A stretch of 53,208 bases of DNA, taken from NCBI GenBank assembly GCA_017959965.1, contig JAGCZO010000157.1, forward strand, positions 1 to 53,208, given 5' to 3'. A program made the translations under genes and the position numbers. The notes under the pieces are model-generated. The model searched no databases. It was given only the letters and a program-made list of their open reading frames with translations, and had not been told where the DNA came from. Position 1 is the stretch's first letter. Each line of letters starts with the position of its first letter. Source of the DNA: Clostridia bacterium. GTDB lineage: Bacteria; Bacillota; Clostridia; UBA1212. Below are positions 45,508-53,208 of the stretch, one piece after another.

Positions 45508-48500
45508 ATGAACAGCAATATGACCATAGATAAACTGAAGGTGGCGAAAAACGGCTCCGTTGAGGTGTACATAAGCGGAGGCGTGTTTGGCTATGACGAC
45601 GCAAAAAAGTTCGCAGCCGCCCAGCTGGGAAATAAAATAGACATGGAAAAGGCCTCGATCCGCATCTCCTGGGGCGAGGAATATATAAAAGCGGTAACGG
45701 ACGACGTTTTAAGAGCAAAGCTCTGGAACACCATCAGGGAGTACGTCTGCGACAAACACCCTGCCTCCTGCGCCATGCTGAGGCTGGAAGGCTCCGCCCA
45801 CAAGATCACGCCTGAGGGCGTTTTCATTTTGGTAAACCCCATGGCGTATACTATTCTGAAGAACGAAAATATTGCCGATGAGATCAGAAAGTTCCTGAAA
45901 ACTCTCTTTAAAAAGACCGTCCCCGTGTCCATACGTGAGGCCGAGGACGTGAAAGCCGGTTCTTCCCGCCGCGGCAGGAAAAAGGAGCAGGTCTATTATT
46001 ACGACGAAGAGGCCTACAACAAGGAGGTCGCCGAGACCATAAAAAACAATAAGGACAAGAGAAAGACCAAGCGGGCGGCGGGCTCCTACTACAGCGACCA
46101 CTATAAAGGAGGCGGTTCGGGAAAGAAGCGCATCCTGACGCCGAAGGACGGGGCGGAGCTTCCGAAGGACACAAAAGGCAACACCATGCTCATTGGCGGT
46201 GAGATCGTTGACGAGCCTGTGAGGATGGATACGATAAATGCGGATATGGGCTTCGTTGCCGTGAAAGGCAGAGTCTTCAAGCTGGAGACGAAGCCTATCA
46301 GAAACAATTCCCGCATAGCCATATTGTACATCACCGACGAGACCTATTCCGTTGCCGCCAAATTCTTTTTCGAGCCCGAGGATGATGCCTTCGTGGAGAA
46401 GCACTTCGCGGCGGGCAGCCATCTGATACTCTACGGGGACATTGCCTACGATAAATATTCAAAGGAGCTCAGCCTTCTGATCAGGAACGCATCCTCCTAT
46501 AAGCCCGAAAAAAGAGTGGACCATGCGGAAAAGAAGAGGGTGGAGCTGCATCTCCATACCACTTTGAGCGCCCTTGACGCCCTGACAAGGCCGAAGGAGC
46601 TCATCAAAAGAGTGACTGAATGGGGCCACAGCGCGATCGCGATCACGGATCACGGCGTGGTGCAGGCATACCCTGACGTGTTCAACGCCGCAAAAGACCT
46701 CAAGAGCGACATAAAGATCATCTACGGAATAGAGTGCTACCTGACCGATTTTCCGGAGGAGACCGATCCCGAGACTTCTAAAAAGTTCCGCACCTGGCAC
46801 TGCATCATACTGGTGAAAGATCTCGTGGGCCTTAAAAACCTTTACAGACTCATCTCCAATTCCAACCTCAGCTACTTCCACAGAAGGCCCAGAATGCCCA
46901 GGTTTGATATAGACGCGAACAGGGAAGGCCTGATCATCGGAAGCGCATGCTCTGAGGGCGAGCTTTACCAGGCGATAGTTGACGGCGCAAGCGATGAAGA
47001 GCTTGAGAAGATCGCATCGTTTTACGACTACCTGGAGATCCAGCCCATAGAGAACAATATCTACCTTGTCCGGGAGGGAAGGGTGGCCTCCGAGCAGGAG
47101 CTTGTAAACATAAACAAGAAGATCCTCGGCCTTGCCGACAGACTGGGCAAGCTCACCGTTGCCACCTGCGACGTTCACTTCCTTGACCCCGAGGATGCGA
47201 TATACCGCGAGGTCATGCAGACCGCCCAAGGGTATAAGGACGCAGCTTTCCAGGCGCCGCTCTACCTCAGAACCACTGAAGAGATGCTGGCGGAGTTTGC
47301 GCACCTGGACGAAAGAGCCTACGAGGTGGTGGTGGAAAACACCAATAAGATCGCGGACATGATCGAGGTGATAAGGCCTGTTCCCAAGGGGACCTATCAG
47401 CCTGCCATAGAAGGGTCCGACGAAGACCTGAGAAGCATGTGCCTCAAAAAAGCTATAGACACCTACGGCGATCCGGTGCCGGAGCACGTAATGGCAAGGC
47501 TGAACAAGGAGCTTGACGCCATTATCTCCAATCACTTTTCGGTGCTCTACATCGCCGCGCAGAAGCTCGTGGCCCACTCCGCGGAGAACGGATACACTGT
47601 GGGCTCAAGAGGCTCTGTGGGATCGTCATTGGCGGCATACATGGCGGGAATAACGGAAGTCAACGCATTGCCTCCCCACTACCGCTGCCCCGAATGCAAA
47701 TACAGTGAATTCTACTTCAATCAGGAGTACGAGGCAGGCTGCGACATGCCCGAAAAGGACTGCCCGAAATGCGGCACAAAGCTCATAAGAGACGGCTTTG
47801 ACATTCCTTTTGAGACGTTTTTGGGATTTAAGGGCGAAAAAACCCCTGATATCGATCTCAATTTCGCCTCCGAGGACCAGGTCAGGGCCCACAAATACTG
47901 CGACGTGCTGTTCGGCGAAAAATACGTTTTCAGAGCCGGAACCATAGCGGGTCTGCAGGACAAGACCGCTATGGGCTATGTCAGGAAATATCTCGAGGTG
48001 ACCGGAAGAGCCGCCAATGAGGCCGAGATGATGAGACTTTCCGCGCCCCTTGAAGGTGTGAAAAAGACAACGGGCCAGCACCCCGGAGGCATCATGGTGG
48101 TGCCCAGGGATAAGGACATACTTGATTTCACTCCTATCCAGCACCCCGCGGACGACGACGGCAAAGGCGTTGTGACCACCCACTTCGACTACCATTTCCT
48201 CCACGACACGATCCTAAAGCTTGACATTCTGGGCCACGACGGCCCGAAGATCGTCAAGATGCTTCACACCTTCACGGGCATTGACCCCATGAAGATCGAC
48301 ATATCCGATCCTGAGGTGCTATCGCTTTTCGTGTCCCCGGAGCCCCTTAATGCCGACCAGGCCCTTCTCAACGAGCCTCTCGAAACCGGCAGCCTCGGCA
48401 TCCCCGAATTCGGAACCTCTTTTGCCATTGGCCTCCTGAAGAGCACAAAACCTAAGACAGTATCCGATCTGGTCAGGATCTCAGGCCTTTCCCACGGAAC

Positions 48501-49317
48501 CAACGTCTGGCAGGACAACGCCTCCGAGCTTATCGAAAACAACGTCGCCACGTTGTCGGAGTGCATCTGCTGCCGCGACGATATCATGATATATCTCATC
48601 AAAATGGGCGTTGAAAAGGAGATCGCCTTCAACGTCATGGAAGCGGTAAGAAAGGGAAAGGTCGCCTCCGGCAAGTGCCCCGAATGGCCCAAATGGAAGG
48701 AGGAACTCAAGGCTCACAACGTGCCCGACTGGTACCTCGGCTCCTGCGAAAAGATACAGTACATGTTCCCGAAGGCCCATGCCGTTGCTTACGTGCTTCT
48801 TTCCGTGCGAATGGCCTGGTACAAGATATACGAGCCCCTTGCCTATTACGCAACCCGGTTCACCCTGAAGCTGGAGTTCTTTGAAGGCCACAATATGATC
48901 AACGGCATCGACAAGGCGAAGCTTGCCCAGAAGGATCTGAAGCAGAAGGGCACCAGGGAAAAGCTGTCCAAGAAGGAAGAGGACCTGCTGGTGATCTACG
49001 AGCAGATCGTTGAAATGTACGCAAGGCACATAGAATTTCTGCCCGTTGACCTGTACAAGTCAAAAGCGGCCATGTTCGTGCCCGAGGACGGTAAGCTGAG
49101 GCCTCCCTTCTGCGCTCTTCAGGGCGTCGGCATCACAGCCGGCGAGTCGCTTGAAAAGGCCGCGTCCACGGGCGAGGAATTCAGCAGTATCGAAGACGTA
49201 AGGAACAGGGCAAAGGTGAACAAGACAGTTATCGAAGTCCTGAGGGCCAACGGAGTTCTGACCGGCCTTCCGGAGGACGACGCGCTCACCTTCTTTGACT
49301 GGGCAGACAAAAAATAA
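45508..49317 (+). CDS. polC: DNA polymerase III PolC-type alpha subunit lacking the 3'-5' exonuclease insertion
   Basis: OB fold, PHP (ELHLHT, ITDHG, TCDVH), GSRGSVGSS, CPEC/CPKC Zn finger, PDIDLNF, TTGQHPGG, KLDILGHD, YMFPKAHA; start uncertain (45481/45508/45520). Confidence 0.95.
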   Translation: MNSNMTIDKLKVAKNGSVEVYISGGVFGYDDAKKFAAAQLGNKIDMEKASIRISWGEEYIKAVTDDVLRAKLWNTIREYVCDKHPASCAMLRLEGSAHKITPEGVFILVNPMAYTILKNENIADEIRKFLKTLFKKTVPVSIREAEDVKAGSSRRGRKKEQVYYYDEEAYNKEVAETIKNNKDKRKTKRAAGSYYSDHYKGGGSGKKRILTPKDGAELPKDTKGNTMLIGGEIVDEPVRMDTINADMGFVAVKGRVFKLETKPIRNNSRIAILYITDETYSVAAKFFFEPEDDAFVEKHFAAGSHLILYGDIAYDKYSKELSLLIRNASSYKPEKRVDHAEKKRVELHLHTTLSALDALTRPKELIKRVTEWGHSAIAITDHGVVQAYPDVFNAAKDLKSDIKIIYGIECYLTDFPEETDPETSKKFRTWHCIILVKDLVGLKNLYRLISNSNLSYFHRRPRMPRFDIDANREGLIIGSACSEGELYQAIVDGASDEELEKIASFYDYLEIQPIENNIYLVREGRVASEQELVNINKKILGLADRLGKLTVATCDVHFLDPEDAIYREVMQTAQGYKDAAFQAPLYLRTTEEMLAEFAHLDERAYEVVVENTNKIADMIEVIRPVPKGTYQPAIEGSDEDLRSMCLKKAIDTYGDPVPEHVMARLNKELDAIISNHFSVLYIAAQKLVAHSAENGYTVGSRGSVGSSLAAYMAGITEVNALPPHYRCPECKYSEFYFNQEYEAGCDMPEKDCPKCGTKLIRDGFDIPFETFLGFKGEKTPDIDLNFASEDQVRAHKYCDVLFGEKYVFRAGTIAGLQDKTAMGYVRKYLEVTGRAANEAEMMRLSAPLEGVKKTTGQHPGGIMVVPRDKDILDFTPIQHPADDDGKGVVTTHFDYHFLHDTILKLDILGHDGPKIVKMLHTFTGIDPMKIDISDPEVLSLFVSPEPLNADQALLNEPLETGSLGIPEFGTSFAIGLLKSTKPKTVSDLVRISGLSHGTNVWQDNASELIENNVATLSECICCRDDIMIYLIKMGVEKEIAFNVMEAVRKGKVASGKCPEWPKWKEELKAHNVPDWYLGSCEKIQYMFPKAHAVAYVLLSVRMAWYKIYEPLAYYATRFTLKLEFFEGHNMINGIDKAKLAQKDLKQKGTREKLSKKEEDLLVIYEQIVEMYARHIEFLPVDLYKSKAAMFVPEDGKLRPPFCALQGVGITAGESLEKAASTGEEFSSIEDVRNRAKVNKTVIEVLRANGVLTGLPEDDALTFFDWADKK

Positions 49318-49372
49318 CTTACTTTAAAGGACGACGCCAAAGGGCCTGCCTGCCGCGGAGACGTTATTTTCC

Positions 49373-49410
49373 TTGACGAAACCTGCCGACTGTGTTATCG
49401 TTCGACAGGT
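49373..49410 (+). promoter_or_regulatory. Putative promoter with overlapping imperfect inverted repeat
   Basis: TTGACG-17 nt-TATCGT with TG; ACCTGCCGA (49381-49389) / TCGACAGGT (49402-49410). Confidence 0.45.
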
Positions 49411-49448
49411 AAAAGCATTTATGCTTTACCGGAAAGCTCTCACGGGTT

Positions 49449-49518
49449 TTTTGAAGTCCGGCTGCGTTGATGCCTTTTGAAGTCCGGCTGAGTTGATGCC
49501 TTTTGAAGTCCGGCTGCG
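49449..49518. repeat. 26-bp tandem repeat, about 2.7 copies
   Basis: TTTTGAAGTCCGGCTG(C/A)GTTGATGCC at 49449 and 49475, partial copy at 49501. Confidence 0.9.
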
Positions 49519-49536
49519 GAGCCGGAAGGAGTTTTT

Positions 49537-50607
49537 ATGAAAAACGAGAAAAAATATGTTCCGGAAGGATTTGAAGTATCGCCGGGTCAGAAATTCTACA
49601 GAATACCCGACGTTCATTTTGATCTTTACGGGGTGTTTTACGATGAGAAGGCGGGACGTTTTCTCAGAATGCCCTCCGACGCCGCGGCAGCCGTGAGCCC
49701 CGCTGTTGAGGAGCTTAACAGAAACACCGCAGGGGGCAGGCTCAGATTCACTACCGACGCTACGAGACTTTCCGTTTCCATGAGATGCGGCAGCCTCGCT
49801 TCAATGAACCATATGCCTCTCTCCGGTACCCACGGCTTTTCTCTTATCGAGGACGACGGCGACAGCCACTCCTTTGCTGCGGCTTTCATGCCCGGTCACT
49901 ACGCAAATCTTAAGGAGTCGGTCTGTCAGGACGGCTATTACGCCGAAAAGCCGCTGCTTGGCGGCAAGATGCGCTCATACACCTTGTTTTTCCCTCTTTT
50001 TACGGACGTACGCGAACTCACCATAGGCATTCCGGAGGAGGCGACTCTTACCAACGGCCCCGCCTACAGGCCCGTGAAGCCCGTGGTCTTCTATGGCTCT
50101 TCCATTACCCACGGCGGATGTGCGTCAAGGCCGGACAACATGTACGAGGGATACCTTTCGAAGTGGTTTGACGTTGACTTTATAAACCTGGGCTTTTCCG
50201 GGTCCGCATTGGCGGAGGTCCCCATGGCCGAATATCTCGCCGGCCTTGACCCTTCTGTTTTCGTATACGACTACGATTACAACGCCCCCAACGCAGAATT
50301 CCTTGAGAAGACACACTACCGTCTTTACCGCATTTTCAGGGAAAAACATCCGGACACCCCGATCATTGTCATTTCAAATCCGGACTACGATACGGACCTT
50401 TCTTCGGAGGACAGGCTCAGGGTGATAAAGAAAACCGTGGCATTGGCGAGAAAAAGCGGAGACAAAAACCTTGCGTTTATAAACGGAAAGAAGTTGTTCG
50501 GCAAGTCGGACAGAGAAAACTGCACCGTGGACATGACGCATCCCAATGACCTTGGCATTTACAAGATGGCGCAAGAGATCGCCAAGGCGCTCAGAAGGTT
50601 TATTTGA
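49537..50607 (+). CDS. SGNH/GDSL hydrolase with N-terminal accessory domain
   Basis: TAGGRLRF.TD, FYGSSITHGG, NLGFSG, DYDYN, DMTHPNDLG. Confidence 0.83.
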   Translation: MKNEKKYVPEGFEVSPGQKFYRIPDVHFDLYGVFYDEKAGRFLRMPSDAAAAVSPAVEELNRNTAGGRLRFTTDATRLSVSMRCGSLASMNHMPLSGTHGFSLIEDDGDSHSFAAAFMPGHYANLKESVCQDGYYAEKPLLGGKMRSYTLFFPLFTDVRELTIGIPEEATLTNGPAYRPVKPVVFYGSSITHGGCASRPDNMYEGYLSKWFDVDFINLGFSGSALAEVPMAEYLAGLDPSVFVYDYDYNAPNAEFLEKTHYRLYRIFREKHPDTPIIVISNPDYDTDLSSEDRLRVIKKTVALARKSGDKNLAFINGKKLFGKSDRENCTVDMTHPNDLGIYKMAQEIAKALRRFI

Positions 50608-50631
50608 AGGGCGCGGGGAGGATTGTGAAAT

Positions 50632-51489
50632 ATGATAATTCTTGACGGAGCAATGGGAACGACTCTCTGGGATATCGCTCAGAGGAACGGCGCGGAGAAA
50701 GTCCCGGTGTGGCGCTACAATATCGAGCATCCCGAATTTGTCGCGGAGATTACGAGGCGTTATATCGATGCCGGCGCAGACTTTGTGCAGGCAAATACCT
50801 TCGGCGCCAACAGACCCGCGGTTAAAAAAAGCTCGAAATACGACGTGAAGGACGTCGTGGCCGCCGGAATGAGGATCGCAAGGGAAACCGCCGCCGGAAA
50901 AGACGTGAAGATCTTCCTCAGCTCCGGACCGCTTATGGAGATGCTTGAACCTTACGGAGACCTTGAGGAGGACGAGTGCAGGGAAATATACGGAGAAATA
51001 TTCGACGCCGCGATGCCCTACAAGCCGGACGCGATCCTTCTGGAAACGTTTATAGACCTGGGAATGATGCGGGTCGCCGCTGAAAGGGCAATGGAAACGG
51101 ACATACCCGTGTTCTGCTCCATGTCCTTCGAAAAGTCAGGCAGGACTATGTTCGGAAACTCTGTAGAAGACGTTGTCGGTACCCTTGAGCCTCTCGGAAT
51201 AACAGCCGTTGGTCTCAACTGCTCTTTGGGCCCGGATTCCGCTGTGCCGATAATAAAAGATTTTTCCGGGAAAACGTCGCTGCCCCTTATCTTCAAACCG
51301 AACGCCGGTCTTCCGGTGACGACCGAAGGTGCCAAAATGACATCCGCCGTGGGGCCGAAGGAATTTGCCGAGGCAGTCTCCGCCGCTTTTCCATACGTGA
51401 CTTACGTTGGCGGATGCTGCGGAAGCGATTGGCGTTACGTTGAAGCCATAAAAGAAAAACTCCTTGAAAAAGGATCCTTATATTTATAA
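50632..51489 (+). CDS. Stand-alone homocysteine S-methyltransferase domain protein
   Basis: ILDGAMGT, NTFGAN, LET, GLNCS, KPNAGLP, GGCCG. Confidence 0.87.
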   Translation: MIILDGAMGTTLWDIAQRNGAEKVPVWRYNIEHPEFVAEITRRYIDAGADFVQANTFGANRPAVKKSSKYDVKDVVAAGMRIARETAAGKDVKIFLSSGPLMEMLEPYGDLEEDECREIYGEIFDAAMPYKPDAILLETFIDLGMMRVAAERAMETDIPVFCSMSFEKSGRTMFGNSVEDVVGTLEPLGITAVGLNCSLGPDSAVPIIKDFSGKTSLPLIFKPNAGLPVTTEGAKMTSAVGPKEFAEAVSAAFPYVTYVGGCCGSDWRYVEAIKEKLLEKGSLYL

Positions 51490-51531
51490 CCGAAGTATTG
51501 TTTATCAAAGAGATGCTGAGAAAGGATCGTT

Positions 51532-52848
51532 ATGTCTAAGAAAACGCGCTCGCTTCGTGCAGAACTCGCAAACAGAAAATACAGGATACCGAACCGCCTG
51601 TACTACTGGATCTACCACTTCTTGATGTCAGGCTTTATTGCCAAGAAATACAGACCCCACGTGGTGGTTAAGGACAGTATCTCGGACTGCAAGGGCCCCT
51701 GCTTCCTCATCTGGAACCACCTGTCGAGGCTCGACCATGCCTTCGTTATGCAGGCGGCCTATCCAAGACCGATAAACATTGTGGCGGGCTACAGTGAATT
51801 TTTCAGAGGCCATCTCCACACTGTGTTCAAGATGATGAATATAATCCCAAAGAAAGTCTATACCAACGACATGCTGGGCCTCCGGGGCATGAATTCCATC
51901 ATCAGGCAGGGCGGCTGCGTCGCCTTCTCCCCGGAAGGGATGAGCTCCATCTACGGCACGAACCAGCCCGTGGTCCCCGGCACCGCGAGATTCATCAAGC
52001 ACTACCGCATCCCGGTATATTTTCTCATGCTGAAGGGCAGCTACCTTACAAGCACCAAGGTTTGCCTTGACGAGCGCTACGGAAGAGTTGAAGCTGAGCT
52101 CTCGCTGCTTTTCACCCCGGAACAGCTGGATGAAATGACTGACGAGGAGATAAACGATAAGATCAACGAGGTCTGCCATTTTGACGACTACGAGTGGACC
52201 CGCAAGGAGCGCATCAAATGGAAGCATAAAACCGGCATGTGCACAAGGCTTTCCGACATCTGCTACCGTTGCCCCCGCTGCGGCTCCGAGGTCGAAATGA
52301 TCAACACCCCCGACATGGTCAAGTGCTCAAAATGCGGCAACGGCTTCACCGTAAACGACTACTACGACATGGTTCCCCTGGACGACACCTGCGTCATCCC
52401 CGAATCGCCTACGAAGTGGGTGGCAATGGAGCGCGAACACGTGATCCGTGAGATACGTGAAAACCCGGACTACTCTTATTCCGCCAAAGTCACTCTCGGC
52501 GACATGCCCGACGACAGGTACATGAAGCACTTTGCCACCACCGAACCCTGCGGAGAAGGCGAATTTACAGTCGATCACCTTGGCGTACACTACAAGGGCA
52601 CAAGGCACAGCGAACCCTGGTCCTTCGACATGCCCTACGAAATGGTCTACGCGCTCCCAATCATGACCAGCACCGCCAAGTTCGGCCTTTACGTTGACGG
52701 CGAATTCTATGAGTTTACGCCGGAGCTCCCCTGCACCGGCAAGATGCTCCTCCTGACCGAAGAGATGCACCGCCTCCACGTCAACGACTGGAAAAACTTC
52801 CCCTGGAACGACTACATGTACCAAAACGCCAACGACGCCAAGGCCTAA
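51532..52848 (+). CDS. PlsC-like lysophospholipid acyltransferase with CxxC-containing C-terminal extension
   Basis: NHLSRLD (HX4D), FSPEG, CPRC/CSKC. Confidence 0.8.
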   Translation: MSKKTRSLRAELANRKYRIPNRLYYWIYHFLMSGFIAKKYRPHVVVKDSISDCKGPCFLIWNHLSRLDHAFVMQAAYPRPINIVAGYSEFFRGHLHTVFKMMNIIPKKVYTNDMLGLRGMNSIIRQGGCVAFSPEGMSSIYGTNQPVVPGTARFIKHYRIPVYFLMLKGSYLTSTKVCLDERYGRVEAELSLLFTPEQLDEMTDEEINDKINEVCHFDDYEWTRKERIKWKHKTGMCTRLSDICYRCPRCGSEVEMINTPDMVKCSKCGNGFTVNDYYDMVPLDDTCVIPESPTKWVAMEREHVIREIRENPDYSYSAKVTLGDMPDDRYMKHFATTEPCGEGEFTVDHLGVHYKGTRHSEPWSFDMPYEMVYALPIMTSTAKFGLYVDGEFYEFTPELPCTGKMLLLTEEMHRLHVNDWKNFPWNDYMYQNANDAKA

Positions 52849-52935
52849 ACTTGAGCTCTCGAAGGCGCTTTGCGCAGCAAAAAAACGCAAATATTTTGCA
52901 TGTGATTTTTTCTCAAAAATCATTCAAAAAAGTTG

Positions 52936-52964
52936 TTGACAAGGCTTTTTCCTTGTAGTATACT
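52936..52964 (+). promoter_or_regulatory. Strong sigma-A promoter of the tRNA cluster
   Basis: TTGACA-17 nt-TATACT with A-rich UP-like region. Confidence 0.85.
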
Positions 52965-53005
52965 TGCAAAGCACCTCGCGAGGAGCCCCTCGAGGGATGT
53001 GCTTT

Positions 53006-53081
53006 GGGAGTTTAGCTCAGCTGGGAGAGCATCTGCCTTACAAGCAGGGGGTCACAGGTTCGATCCCTGTAATTCCCACCA
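53006..53081 (+). tRNA. tRNA-Val(TAC)
   Basis: Acceptor GGGAGTT/AATTCCC, anticodon loop CT-TAC-AA, GGTTCGAT, encoded CCA; 76 nt. Confidence 0.97.
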
Positions 53082-53085
53082 TTTT

Positions 53086-53162
53086 GGCCCGGTAGTTCAG
53101 TTGGTTAGAACGCTAGCCTGTCACGCTAGAGGTCGTGGGTTCGAGCCCCATCCGGGTCGCCA
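53086..53162 (+). tRNA. tRNA-Asp(GTC)
   Basis: GGCCCGG/CCGGGTC acceptor, CTAGC-CT-GTC-AC-GCTAG, GGTTCGAG, CCA; 77 nt. Confidence 0.97.
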
Positions 53163-53181
53163 ACTTCATAAGAATGTCCTC

Positions 53182-53208
53182 GCCCAGGTAGCTCAGTTGG
53201 TAGAGCAG
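53182..53208 (+). tRNA. Partial tRNA (5' end), probably tRNA-Phe
   Basis: GCCCAGGTAGCTCAGTTGGTAGAGCAG truncated by the window end; anticodon not visible; Val-Asp-Phe order is common in Bacillota. Confidence 0.65.

Noticed and set aside
49449-49518. Possible CRISPR array
   Set aside because: Repeats are directly adjacent with no spacers, and no cas genes are present
50632-51489. Truncated metH pseudogene
   Set aside because: Complete domain with Zn-binding cysteines and a clean stop; split methionine synthase modules are common in Clostridia
52968-53005. Hairpin with palindromes before tRNA-Val
   Set aside because: Consistent with an ordinary tRNA precursor leader; no evidence of an att site or separate RNA

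Overview
Chromosomal window from a moderately GC-rich Clostridia-type (Bacillota) bacterium, judged from PolC, sigma-A-like promoters and gene content. No mobile element or CRISPR array is visible. Housekeeping genes include an ynbB-like lyase, a nadD-yqeK fusion, rsfS, an M18 aminopeptidase, a four-gene 2-oxoacid:ferredoxin oxidoreductase operon, maf, nth, glgB, pfk, polC, a plsC-like gene and a tRNA Val-Asp-(Phe) cluster. They surround a split glycan-utilisation region (about 20.2-41.3 kb). Main observations: (1) four paralogues of an unassigned GH71/GH99-like secreted enzyme, each with a different surface-attachment mode, next to GH78-like, GH127, GH1, SGNH and CBM32-like genes; (2) a cohesin+dockerin+catalytic polypeptide and a second protein with a closely similar DW-type dockerin; (3) a shared C-terminal SGCG-TM-basic tail resembling a Cys-containing CTERM sorting signal; (4) an unnamed beta-rich module repeated six times in five secreted proteins; (5) PolC lacking its 3'-5' exonuclease domain, with an almost perfect four-way-junction inverted-repeat element directly upstream; (6) catalytic-residue losses in GlgB and a PdaA-like deacetylase. 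All family calls come from motif recognition by eye; no database search or folding program was run.
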